Part shown: positions 42,477-55,120 of the stretch, piece by piece
Position numbering within the stretch: position 1 is the first letter of the stretch
Layout of the letters: every line of letters starts with the position of its first letter
Assembly (NCBI GenBank): GCA_951804945.1
Contig: OX638152.1
Location: forward strand, 46,500,001 to 46,564,000
Direction of reading: 5' to 3'
Length of the DNA stretch: 64,000 nt
DNA from: Podarcis cretensis
Lineage: Eukaryota
The notes under the pieces: generated by a model
What the model saw: the letters and a program-made list of their open reading frames with translations, nothing else
Database searches by the model: none
What the model was told of the DNA's origin: nothing
Translations under genes and position numbers: made by a program

Positions 42477-42611
42477 CAGTGACGGCCAAACTTGGCCTCC
42501 AGGTGTTTTGGGACTACAATTCCCATCATCCTTGACCACTGGTCCTGTTAGCTAGGGAAGATGGGAGTTGTAGTCCCAAAACAGCTGGAGGGCCAGGTTT
42601 GGCCATCACTG
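42477..42611. mobile_element. Short palindromic hAT MITE (same family as 15958-16093, opposite orientation)
   Basis: CAGTGACGGCCAAAC...GTTTGGCCATCACTG; TSD ctctaggg / ttctaggg. Confidence 0.9.
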
Positions 42612-42780
42612 TTCTAGGGGGTACATTTTAAAAATGAACTATCTAGAAATTCCTCCAGAATTCTTTGCCCACAAATCCAGAAGTCTCCACACCAGAATTT
42701 TTTGTTTTCAAGATTTGCCACTAGTACATTATATGCCAAAAAAGGAAGGACACCTATTATTCAGAAATGTATAAGGATGT

Positions 42781-43428
42781 AAGATGAAGGTCTACCAGAC
42801 TTGCATGTTGAGCGAACTACTTTATGGAAGTGAGTCATGGGTAACTAACACCTGCCAAGAGTGATGTGTCAGTGCCTTCCATAAGCACTACATCAGGAAG
42901 CTTTTAGGCATCACATAGCAACTCTCAAAGATATGCTCTCCCAAGCCCACATTCCCAGCAAGTTTGCACTTCTGTCTCAGCAACCTCTGTGCTAGTTTGG
43001 TCACGTACACAGGATGGAAGATGGCAAGACCCTCAATGATGTGCTCTACAGGGAACTGGCTTTAGGCACTAGGCTTGTTGGCAGATCAACTCTGTATTAC
43101 AAAGATGTCAGCAAATGTGACATGAAGGCTGGCAGCATCAACCCCTTGCAGACGATAGCAGCACCTGGAGACAGACAGGTTGTGTATCTACAGCAGTGAC
43201 CAGAGAAGGAATGATGGCTGGGAGGAGTGCAGAGGGATGAAACACCATGGCGCACCTGTAGCTGCAAAACCGGACGCCTTCATCTGCCCCAACTGCAGTA
43301 AACCATGTCTCTCCCAGATCATTCTCTACAGCCACAGCAGGCGTTGTAACCCTCCAACAGTTTGACTTTACCACTGAAGTGGTACACTCTTACATTGTCT
43401 CTCGAGACAGGCAGATGTGAACAACAAC
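42781..43428 (+). mobile_element. Decayed RTE-clade LINE 3' fragment
   Basis: Remnant peptides KVYQ..LLYGSESW, GHVHRMEDG..LYREL..G.R..GR..YKD, C-terminal CPNC-x12-H-x3-C knuckle, (CAA)n tail; stops and frameshifts present. Confidence 0.85.
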
Positions 43429-43713
43429 TTAAGGACAAAGCAATCTCAGATGAGAATTCAAAGTCTGAGATCATCCTTGATTATAATAAAACTAAAGATT
43501 TTTTGATCACCTGTGACCAGATGGTTTCTACATACCTGATCAAACAGTGGCCACTTATGGGTGGTTGTTGTTCTCCCCCCAGGTATAATTGCCTGCTTTT
43601 TTAAGAAGCTGAACATAGCCAGCTTTCCAAGGATGTCAAGAGCCACAGCCTCAGGTCTGTTAAAGCCTAAAGCCCACCACAGCAGACACCAAGAAAAGGA
43701 ACAGGTTTCATAT

Positions 43714-44200
43714 TAACATAAGAAGAGCCTTGCTGGATCAGGCCAAAGACTCATATAGCACAGGATCCTGTTTTCACAGTGGCCAATCAGACACCTATGG
43801 GAAGCCTGCAAGCAGGAACTGAGTAGAACAGCACATTCCCTGGTATTAGTACCAGCAACTGGTATTAGTAGCTGTTGTCAGGGAGGCATTGCTCACCTGT
43901 CTTCTGAACATCCATGTGTTCTTTTGAATGCCGAGCACCCTGAGAAAGGTGAGGCGCAGGGAGTTCAGCGCAATGCAGGAGCACTGCCACCATGCCTGAC
44001 TGTGCTGAGCTCTTCGTCCATCTTCGTCCCTCACCCCTGAGGAACCAGGAGTGACACTCAGTGTTCAGAATGCAGGTGAGCTATGCTGTCCTGCCTGTGC
44101 CATGTGCCACAGAGAGGCATACTTCCTCCAACAACAATATAGTTATCATGCCTAAGAGCCTGTGGAAACATTACCCTCCATGAATTTGTCTAATCCTTGA
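43714..44200 (-). mobile_element. CR1-family 3' end interrupted by an inverted-repeat insertion (about 43867-44112)
   Basis: aacataagaagagccttgctggatcaggcc... cagcaactggtatt [insert] agaggcatac...ccatgaatttgtctaatcc. Confidence 0.75.
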
Positions 44201-44599
44201 AGGGTGTGAGTTTAAGGAAATAAATTAATGTGGTATATCCTTATAAAGAATGTTGTTCATTCCTGTTTGAGTCTGTTTAGAGTGTTACAGATGAAATTGT
44301 ATTCTCTGCATACTAGGCAAGGAGTAGAATAACAGTTTACTAATGCAATGGACCTTGGGGGAAGCCATGTATTATTTCCCACAGTTGTAGACTATTGAAT
44401 GTTGCTGCATTAATACTTACCATATGGACAGTTTTGAAATTTCAAAAATAGAACAAAAAGTGTTGTATATTATCAGGTAACCTTATTCAGATAGTTATTC
44501 AGATGGCTTGTTTTTAATAGTGTTTATATCAGTTTATTAACAGCTTTTACAACAGAGCTATTAACTTAGCTAAATGCAGCTTGCTATGTAAATCAGTAA

Positions 44600-44857
<258 letters not shown>

Positions 44858-45039
44858 TGATTTGTAATAACTTCCTGCTTTGTTTTACATTCAGTGTTCG
44901 ATGCAGGGCAGGGGAAATCCAGATGTTCTGCATTGTTTTAATCAGATGAGGCAAGAATCACTGAGTGAGTTGAATTTGCTTCTGCCAATAAAACTCTTTT
45001 CATTTTGGAAGTGTTGCAGAAACTCTTCTTCCCATCCCA

Positions 45040-45520
45040 GCCCATTATTAGGCCAAATTTAAAGGCTGCTTATAACCTTTAAAGCTCTGAATGCCTTGGG
45101 ACCAGGCTAGCTTCTCCCATATGTATCTTAGCTGAACCTTAAGATCCTGTTCATAGGCCCTGCTTTGTGTAAAACCCTGAAGAATGAAGTGAGGCAATTA
45201 ACCACCAGGGAAGAGGGCCTTTTCAGCAATGGCTTCAGTAGTGGAATGATCACTCCAATGAGGCTTGCCATGCACTATCTTTATGATCTTTTCAGGGCAC
45301 TAGAAAACCCTTTTTTAAACACCCAAGCCTTTTAAGCCTATTTGTCTAGGCTTTTGTTTTTTATATCTACTTTCAATTTTGAGGATGAGACAATTTTGAG
45401 GATGTTTTGTTGCTTTAATACTGTATCTTCATCTTTAATTGTTTTGCTATTTGTTTTCCATTTGTTTGTTTGTTTTACTCATTTATTGTAAGTCACCCAT
45501 AGAAACTGGTGTTATGGGGG
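45040..45520 (+). mobile_element. Decayed L2-clade LINE 3' fragment
   Basis: aatttaaag...acctttaaagctctgaatgccttgggacc...agggccttttcag... tgtaagtcaccc, the usual order of L2 ORF2-end and 3' UTR motifs. Confidence 0.65.
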
Positions 45521-47171
45521 AAACAGCCTGATAGAAGGGTAACAGCTTCCCCACTTCAGCACAAATAAAAAAGCTATTAGAAGGCTGATCACACAACTCC
45601 CAGTGTCTTGCTTAATTCAATTCAGATTGTCAGTGACTTTCTCCCTCTGGAGAGGCATGAGACCTATTAAAATTGAGGCAGAGTTGTGTTCCAGACAGTG
45701 CTGGGGTCTCTTCTGGCGGATGGATCTGGTGATGCTTCAAACCCTGACTGATCTGTGGAGCACAAGTGCTCACTTCCAGTTTGTTGAGCCCAGGTCTATT
45801 GCAGAGCTGAAAGCAATGAAGCAGGTTAGAAGATGGCTGGAACACTAGTGGAAGAAGATTCCAGATTAACACAATGGGACATAAGTGTGTGCTCATTGTT
45901 GAGCCTTTGCTGTGGTGGTGAAGGCATTGAAAAATACTTATCTTTATGCCTCTATTTATAGAGTAGTACATACCCTTTCACTTAAAAAATACACAACTTG
46001 CTTGTAAATTGTTTGGTGACTTTTATTAATGGGAAGTGATATAAATTTAATAAACCTAACCTGAACCTCACTTAACATCATCTTCAGGTGGGCTGCTGCT
46101 ATTTGTTAAAAAAAGGTAAGCACCCACCCACCCACAAAAAACCCACAAAAACATTTTAAATGAAATGTGTTGCACATTGATCTAATTACAATTTTGTTTG
46201 GCACTCATATTTCAAATGACACACAGTTGCTTTTTAAAAACCTGGAAGAACTGCTCCAAGTCACTTCAGTATTGTCACAAACGCCAACCTATGCATACTG
46301 CGAAAATTGCCTTTTAGCAGCAAACTGGAAGGATTGGTTTCCCCTGAGGCTAATCTTGGGGAGGCGATTGTGCTTCTGCCAAAAATGCTGTGAGTACCCT
46401 TCCGTAGCTGGGTCATCACTAAATTATGTACATTTGGGTGCACCTATAGAGAATAGTAGATGATGCATTAAATAACTGATTGCCAATTGATTTCCTGTGG
46501 CTCTTTCAGTTTTGTGCACCAGACAGGTCTTGAGGCACCTCATTTTGCCGATAAATTAATGTTTCTCATAAACATATTAACCTGTGTGAATACACATCAT
46601 GCATTTATGAGAAGCTTCACTCAAATAATTATAAATGTTAAGTGTATTATTCATGCCTTAGACATCCCAAGAGAATGAATACAAGCAACTCTCCTTGAAC
46701 TTTTATTGCTCTAACAGCTCCTATTATGAGGTGTGATTTGTGAACTAATTAGCATGCCTTTCATGATGATCTGCTAGCAACTGCAAGTATCTGTACTCCC
46801 TGATGTTCTTTTGTACTTAAAGTCACAACCCCTGCACTGGACTGACTGTACGGAGACCCACTGGTGATGTTGCAGGGGGCTTTTTTGCCCCTTGTTCCCT
46901 GGGTGACTGTTAAGAGTTCAATTGTGATCTTTTATACAGTTTCCACATTAAGTTATTGTGAACATAAGAAATGTTGAATAGTCTATATTGATTGTGTTAC
47001 AGTCCTGAAAAAATTCCAAGCAGAGGTATTCCAAGCACATTTACAGAGAGTATATATCTGTTTTTGGCTTGGATATGTTGCATACATGTGTATTTGTATT
47101 GCTGTTATCCTACAATAAGCAAGCTAAAGATTGTTGGTGGGTTTCTAATGTTGTACACTTTATAATTCAGA

Positions 47172-47228
47172 AGTGTTGTTCTGAGACCTCCGGGTATAGG
47201 GCGGTATATAAATTCAATAAATAAAATA
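47172..47228 (+). mobile_element. L2-type 3' tail fragment
   Basis: ctgagacctccgggtatagggcggtatataaattcaataaataaa. Confidence 0.65.
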
Positions 47229-47569
47229 GTAAGTGCTCTCCCCACCAAGAGTTGGATTCTGAGATATAGTTGATAAACTGAACATAAAAACCCTGAGATA
47301 CAGGAAGATTGCATACATATCATGTTCTTCATAAGGTTCAGTGAATATCTATTTGTTGAAGATTATAAATTGTGGAATATTCAATGTACTATGAAGTTTA
47401 TGTGTCAAGCCAAACAGGCATGGCTTTTTTATTAGTGTGTCCAGAGAAAACTATGCACACTCCCAGAAATGAATCCTGGAGAACCAATTGAATACATGGC
47501 AGAATTACTTTCTAGACTTCATCTGACGAGGGAAAAGCTCAAGCATCATGTAGCATTCAAATCCTATGA

Positions 47570-47836
<267 letters not shown>

Positions 47837-49107
47837 TAATCTGAAGTATTTGTTATTTAATTGAATTTATAACGTGATAGCAAGCATTGGCCTTACTCAG
47901 AAGAGACCCATATCTTTCATTGGGTCTATTTTGAGTATGATTTAGTTGGATATCACACACAGTCTCTGTCAGATACAGAATGGTTAACAATAAATGAAAA
48001 ACCAAATTAATAACTATCCTGTGAGATTTGATACAGCTTTTAAAACTTTACATTTTTAAAACTTCTTGAAAAATGCTTTCATGTATTAGGTGGTTGTGGG
48101 ATTTTTATTACTACATAACAATTCTGAAGAATGTACCCTGCCTATCCTAATTTCAGCACACAGTGTAATTTATAGAAGGTTCTTTTAAATAATTGGACAG
48201 GCTGTGATGGCATGGATGAGAGAAGACATCTTATAGGTATCTTTAAATCTAGAGTTAATAAATGTATAGGTCAATCTTTATAGCAACTTTATTTCTGCCT
48301 GTAAGGCAGTGCTGATCACCTCACGCGTTTCAAAAGATGCTTCTGTTTTAGCTGAAGCTTTTAGAAAGTCATCAAGTGCTGCATGTTGAAGATATTATTG
48401 GCCTCAACATTGTGAAGCAGAATGACAGTTAAAATTGATGAAATAGGTCAGAGTCTTCTCACTGAATGGAAGTCCTCAAAATATTCCTGGGTGCCACTGC
48501 TATGTGAAGAGTCAGATGATGCAATGTACTTAGTTTTCCAAACCTCACTGGACGTTTAAACCAGGCAAGCTTGGATTCTCTTAATGACAGGTGTACTCAT
48601 TTGTTAAGAATATGGAATCTACCAGCATTACTTGTGTTGTATTAATTTGGTATCTAGAAGTTTGTGCAAAACCAGTCCTCAGCCCAGGGCCACACAGGGC
48701 CAACAATATTATCTCTGAGAAGTAATGAAATGGGTGCATTTACCTTAATGATGAGATGGATTTCCATGTGTCGGTACCATAGCTAATGGTGAAAACCAGA
48801 TCAGCAAGAGCCTATACTTCAGGTCTCCAACCTAGCACCTGTAGGTGGACACCTTGTATGCCTGCCAGAGTCTTCTCTGTCACCAACAAGAGGACCTGAA
48901 CCCACTGAAACAAAAACTGGAAGTCTGGAGATGGTTTTATTGTTCTTGTTCTCAGAGCAGTTCCTCTTCAGTCACTCTACAATGTTTAGTTCCTCTGCAC
49001 AATTTCTCTTCTCAACCCTATCTGAAGAAGAGGAGGCAGTAAGCTACAGAAAATGGGCTTGCTAGAGACAGAAAAATAGGAGATGGATGAAAGTACAGGT
49101 GGAGAAA

Positions 49108-49362
49108 AGAAGCCAGTGTGGTGTAGTGGTTAAGAGCGGTAGTCTCCTAATCTGGGGAACCGGGTTCGCGTCTCCGCTCCTCCACATGCAGCTGCTGGGT
49201 GACCTTGGGCCAGTCACACTTCTGTGAAGTCTCTCAGCCCCACTCACCTCACAGAGTGTTTGTTGTAGGGGAAGAAGGGAAAGGAGATTGTTAGCTGCTT
49301 TGAGACGCCTGAAGGGGAGTGAAAGGCGGGATATCAAATCCAAACTCTTCTTCTTCTTCTTC
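49108..49362 (+). mobile_element. tRNA-derived Squam3-like SINE (L2-type tail, (CTT)n end)
   Basis: A box TGGTGTAGTGG, B-box-like GGGTTCGCGTCTCC, core gctgggtgaccttgggccagtcac, tail aaggcgggatatcaaat + (ctt)n. Confidence 0.85.
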
Positions 49363-50244
49363 AGTGCCACCATGATACAAAAATATGTATCCAATATGTA
49401 TCCTCATGATTTTTACAAGGGATGCATCCCAGCCATCATCAATGGATTGCACTGTAAAAACCACCTATATAGCACATGCCAGAGATACTATGGCATATGG
49501 ATTCACTCCACAATCCATGTTTTGTGACAAGTGCTGCTTCTGCGATTTGGAAACAGATGCAATTTGACGGTGGCTTGGGGGAAATCCTGTCTAAAGATCA
49601 TGCAAACACAAGAGGAACCATTTTAAAATCTTCTTTCTCCACTATTCCCTTTTTCATGCCCCACAGCAGCCATTTTGTGACTGGTATGCACAACCTTTTT
49701 TCAGAGTGCTACATGTGCCCAAAGAGCTCAAAATGTTGACAACCCCTGGACTAGAGGTGCAGTCGCAACCAAGGATGCCTGAAGATGCAATGTGACCACT
49801 TTGTTAAACAGAGATAGGCAGTAATTACTGATTTTTTTTCATGTAGTTTGGTTTTTAGAGCAGAGGTCAATCAGCCACAGATCGGAAGCTGTTTAACACC
49901 TTGCCTTTTTGAATACTTAATATCCTCATCCACCAAATGATCCAGATCCTTCTTATTAATGTTTAAAAGGTTTTATTCGCACTGTCTGGTAGCCACTGGA
50001 CACAACAAAGTAATGGCCTTGTTCAGCGTGCTTACGGTCTACAGATCTTTCAGTAGTCAAAGTTCTGAACATGGTCATTAAATGAAGGTAACATTTTTAA
50101 ACAACTTTAGCAAAAGTAGTGTGGGTTTGAACACTTAAGAAACTCAGTGTCTCTTAGCACGCAGAGTCTTGAAAACAGGAAGATCCAAAAAAATAGAAGT
50201 AATAACTAGTGGCATCATTGTGGTCCAATAAATAACACATGCAG

Positions 50245-50369
50245 GAACAAGGGTTGTGAGGAAGTCCAAAGATGAATATGAAATGTGGATTTTGGAAAAG
50301 ATTGTGTTATTATCTATGTATTTTATTGTTAAACTAAAATTTAATAAATATTATAAAAAAATAAAATAA
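50245..50369 (+). mobile_element. Severely 5'-truncated L1-like insertion with A-rich tail
   Basis: Perfect 18-bp direct repeat aataaataacacatgcag at 50227-50244 and 50370-50387; AATAAA and A-rich end. Confidence 0.8.
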
Positions 50370-52290
50370 AATAAATAACACATGCAGACAAAATGAAGCT
50401 GGGACTGAAATTACAGTAACTTGTGTCTGTTAATACACCTCTGGGAAAGTTAAGTGAAAGCCTTTGTGCTGTTTTAACCAGTTTTCTTTTAGCTTTACTA
50501 ATTGCATGGTGCCATGCCATCTCTTATAAACATTTCTAATAGACTAATACTGTTGGATATAAAAGAAGCTAAATCCACAGCATGGAATGTTAAAAAATCT
50601 GATATTTTGTTGTTTTATGCTGTTTTCAGTCTTGTGTGTCTTACAATGTCTGTAATGACTCCGCAATTTTTTATTAACTTTCAGAATGAATTCATTAGTA
50701 AAGGTTCACCAAAACAAGGTTATTAAACACACTTGAAGGGAAACATCATCTTCAAGGAAATGTAAATCATTTAAAAATAATAATCTGTCAATATACAGAG
50801 CATGAAGTCAGACATGTCACCATAAAAGCTGAGGATCAGTGAACTTCATTAATTCATTTCCCCCCTTTTTGAGCATCTAACTTGAGGCTTTGACAACTGT
50901 TAAAATATTTCTGTATTCACACATACATACATATTGCATTAGCGCCAGTGGGCACAATAAGCAATTTTATCAACTAAGCTTTGATAATTAAGTTTTTGTG
51001 TGAGATATGAAGATTTCACTTAGATTGACTTTTGTTTATTTTCTTACAGAACAAAATTATATTGAGTATTTAGTTCACAGAAAAATAATGACAAGAACCT
51101 TTCATCTTTTTCTATTTCTTTGTTGTTGCAAATTGATGTAGAGCTGATGTAGTCATTCACAAGCAACGCTGTTTTAAAATGCACTACTTTGTGTGTTTGG
51201 TGGAAATCCTTATTACTGTGGCTCTGTATTTCCTTTCTTAATGATACTAAATTCCATTGACTATCTGAAAAGAACCAGCAGAAAGAGATCGCAATAGGAT
51301 CCCTGTGATAAAAATAGCACTGCTGCAAATGAAGGCCAGTGCTTAAATTGTTTGGATTTTTCTTTCCTTTTTTCTCCAGCACAATATTCCTAGAAATAAA
51401 GTGACCTGATAAGAACAGCGACACATATGCAGCGTGTTCTAAATTAGGCTTTTCTATGTCCTTAAAGACTTAAGGACCCTAGATCCTAATATAAAAAAAC
51501 CAGATCTATAGGAAGAAAAAAGGGGAGAAAAAGGCTGTTGATGTGTCTATATCTCAGCCATTCCATCATCCCTTTGTGGTCCGCCTGCTAACCTAAATTT
51601 CAAGGCCAAAACACATTTAGAAACGATTGTGAAGCTTTTCTTGCATTTCATTGTTTTGCTCAGAATTAAGGAGCATTTCATGGCTTCCTTCTTCCCATTA
51701 GCAGTACAGAAAATATATTCTATTGTTCAAAGAAGAGAGAAGTGTGTGCTGGGGGGGAGGGGGGACTGAGTAGATGTTGCACTGGAGGTCTGCTGTTTGA
51801 TTAGAGGCCTTATTGATTAAATTAAGATCTATAGGGGCTGTGAAAATGAAGATTTTTCCCCTGTGAGAATTATTATATTCTGAAACTTTTTATTTAAACT
51901 CATAGGCTCGTGAGTCAGGAAAGATTACTACAGCAGGTAATCTACAGGGCAGATTAATATTAATAGGTTAAAATAACAAAAGCATCTCAAAAACTGAAGA
52001 ATAAAAAAATCCTAGTTATTGTGTGTTCTATATTCATTACAGTTAGTTTTTTTAAAAGGCTGTGATATTGAGCAGCTGTTACAATAAAGCACAACACACT
52101 TTTAAGGTGCAAGTAATGGAAAATTAGCACATTTTCATAATACTTTGTTACTCCTAGAAATAGCTTACTCTTTGCTTAAATGCTTAAGTGTCCTTATTGA
52201 TCCACTTTACCAAGCATTTGCATGATACAGTGAATATAAGAGTCTAGCAATATCTTGATGATACTGGAGAAAAGTAACCATTACTCTTCT

Positions 52291-52296
<6 letters not shown>

Positions 52297-52330
<34 letters not shown>
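52297..52330. repeat. (AT)n microsatellite
   Basis: Direct reading. Confidence 0.97.
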
Positions 52331-52333
<3 letters not shown>

Positions 52334-52646
52334 TAAATAGTGTAGGGTTTTTGTTTGTACATGGATTTGCAGCAAAACATAAAGCAGTAAAAAGAAGGTC
52401 ATTTAGAGGCTAAACCACACTCTATTTCCCTCAAGAGCACACTATACTAGAATGTTATTCTTCTTCTGTGGAGACAAGTCACCTTTTTAAATAACAAATT
52501 TTGTTTTATTCACATATTGGTATGTCTTGGACATATTTACTCTTACTTTTATGTTCTGTTCTTGCCCTGATTTATACTAATGTTGTGTGGTCTCTTTTTC
52601 TTTCTTCAGCTTAATAACCAATTTTTATTGTGTTTTGATTTTTCAG

Positions 52647-52673
52647 TCCCGTCTTTTACCTTCACACCAACAG
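52647..52673 (+). CDS. ROBO1: ROBO1 27-nt cassette microexon (VPSFTFTPT), phase 1-1
   Basis: tttcag|TCCCGTCTTTTACCTTCACACCAACAG|gtatat; peptide matches the ROBO1 juxtamembrane segment. Confidence 0.94.
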
Positions 52674-53515
52674 GTATATATTTGCACTTTTCCCTTGTCT
52701 GATTGGCATGTGCCTGTGTGATACTGTGTCACTGTCTCTTTTTCTTCTTCCCTCATATAACCAGGCACAATATTACACAGCGAGTAGTATGAGTAGTATT
52801 CGTTACGTATCCTTATTGTTAGTATCATTTTACCAATTTGGCAGATCTCACACTGCTGTCCTAAGTTTGAGTTTTATATCCATTGGAAGACTACATGAGA
52901 TCCTATCATCTTCTATGCTAATGTATAGCATGGTTGGGTGGTTTTTGCTTTTTTGTTTTTGCTAATTTTGTATATTGTATAGTTGTTCATAATGTTCTGC
53001 TCTACCAAAATGCGCCGTAGCCACACAAAGGACTCTGCATAAAGGCAAGCAGCATTCCCTTCCAATGATTCTTAATGGAACATTACTTAACACTTAAATA
53101 GAAAGACATACAAAGGATTTCATTTTTATAAACCGGGAGATGTCTATATGTGTTGTATCCAACTTACAGTAAGACTTCGATCATCAGAACAATAGATTGG
53201 AAAGCTCTATGCTTTAGGACATGCCATTAATAGAAGATGCCATTAACGTGAAAGCAATGCACACATGCTGTTGAGTGTAGCCTGGAATTCTGTGTGAACC
53301 TTAACATTATAATAATAATTATACCCTATACCATACAGATCTGAAAGCATGAGAATGAAATGCTTGTCAGTTACTCTTGGTTATTGAAAAGAATACCAAA
53401 AATAGACAAAGGGTTACATTAAAGGAAGTTTTACCAGTAACACAATGACTTTCCCTCGCTCTCCTTTCCCCAGTGCCACCCCCTAATCTGTTCTGTGTTC
53501 CCACCAATCCTCCAG

Positions 53516-53629
53516 AGCAAATTCGGGGGGCGGACAATGAGGAGATGAAGTCCTGCTGCATTGGTGGAACACCTTGCCTTAACAGGATAGCTTTGTTATC
53601 TAGAACCCCAATAATCAATGTTAAATACG
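53516..53629 (+). CDS. Candidate additional in-frame ROBO1 cassette exon (EQIRGADNEEMKSCCIGGTPCLNRIALLSRTPIINVKY), 114 nt, phase 1-1
   Basis: CCTAAT branch point, pyrimidine tract, tccag|AG acceptor, TACG|gtaaat donor; 38 codons with no stop in the required frame; no transcript evidence available. Confidence 0.55.
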
Positions 53630-54757
53630 GTAAATGCCAAACTCCCATTTAAACATTGTTCTGTCAGCACATTTCTGCCGAAGATAGTATGTACTCAAAT
53701 TGTTTTGTGAATAAACACATTTCAATAATATTGCTGATGGAGAGAGAAAATTACTTCATATTCTCAAAAAAGAATGAATTCCTTCATGTTTATAAAAATC
53801 TTCTGTAATTCTAATAAGCTGTTATTTCAACTTTTAAAATAGTTTTTGTCCTTGTTTCTCATTCACTTTTAACATATATTAATATGGAATCTGCTTCAGC
53901 ATTAGTTTAAACATTCAGATATTTTCCTCATACAGAATCCATGTTTTTAACAACTGGGCTGTACAGAGAAAATAATTTATGTACATTATTAGTGTTGCTA
54001 AGTTAATTTGCAAGCTTAAATTTAAGCATGTTTATGCTTGGTGTCAGATTTCTCACAGGAGCCAAGTTTTTAGAACTGTGAAGACAAAAATATTTTAATC
54101 AATACTTGGCACAATACATGATAGCTGTACAATAGACAACAGGGAAATTTGACAAGGAGTCATTTGAAATGCGGACTGTATTTAAAATTTAAAACTTTTC
54201 TGTTCCATAATTCAGAATCCAACTACTTTAGTTCCACTGAATTTAAATGGTAACAACCCCTCATCTTTAGCAACACTTTCAGCAAAAGGCCTATGTACCA
54301 TTGGCTGCTACATTTTAATCCTGTTATTGTAATCGCTGCAAGCGGTTATCTCTGCCTTGCAGAACCCCACTTTGGAGTTCTTCTAACAAGCAGAATTTGG
54401 CTGCCTTTTAAAACACATTCCTAGTTTGGGAAATGCATAGCTATGGAATCCATCGCCACTTGCACTGAGGTTAATCTTCTTAACTCTTTGCTTAACCTGG
54501 GGGTGGTAGCTGAAGTACAGCAAGTGTATTTGGGTCTGGGCATGTTTAAAACACATTTTCAGGCGCGAGTCTTTATGACATACTTCCCAAAATATAAATA
54601 TATTTGGAAACACCTATCTGTTGTGTTTTACATTCCATTTTGTAAACAACAGCACACACATCAGAAAATACTGCTTCTGAGCAATATCTATTTTATGTTT
54701 TGAAAAATAAACAACTAAAACTCCAGTGGCTTTTAGGTGGCAGTATGGTTGTATAGA

Positions 54758-55120
54758 GGGACGCGGGTGGCGCTGTGGGTAAAAGCCTCAGCGCCTAGGG
54801 CTTGCCGATCGAAAGGTCGGCGGTTCGAATCCCCGCGGCGGGGTGCGCTCCCGCTGCTCGGTCCCAGCGCCTGCCAACCTAGCAGTTCAAAAGCACCCTC
54901 GGGTGCAAGTAGATAAATAGGGACCGCTTTCTAGCGGGAAGGTAAATGGCGTTTCCGTGTGCAGCTCTGGCTTGCCAGAGCAGCTTTGTCACGCTGGCCA
55001 CGTGACCCGGAAGTGTCTCCGGACAGCGCTGGCCCCTGGCCTCTTGAGTGAGATGGGCGCACAACCCCAGAGTCTGGCAAGACTGGCCCGTACGGGCAGG
55101 GGTACCTTTACCTTTACCTT
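54758..55120 (+). mobile_element. Full-length Sauria SINE
   Basis: Starts GGGACGCGGGTGGCGCTG, B box GGTTCGAATCC, (ACCTTT)3 tail; perfect TSD tatggttgtatagag at 54744-54758 and 55121-55135. Confidence 0.95.

Noticed and set aside
43014-43365. ORFs with a zinc-knuckle-like motif as a zinc-finger gene
   Set aside because: Broken C-terminus of an RTE LINE
45374-45403. Direct repeat caattttgaggatg x2
   Set aside because: Small slippage duplication within a decayed LINE tail
49108-49190. tRNA-like sequence with A/B boxes
   Set aside because: Head of a SINE with body and (CTT)n tail; no cloverleaf
48815-49750. Large hAT element enclosing the Squam3-like SINE
   Set aside because: Only degenerate terminus-like motifs (ggtctccaacct, gttgacaacccctg) and no matching TSD; too weak to call
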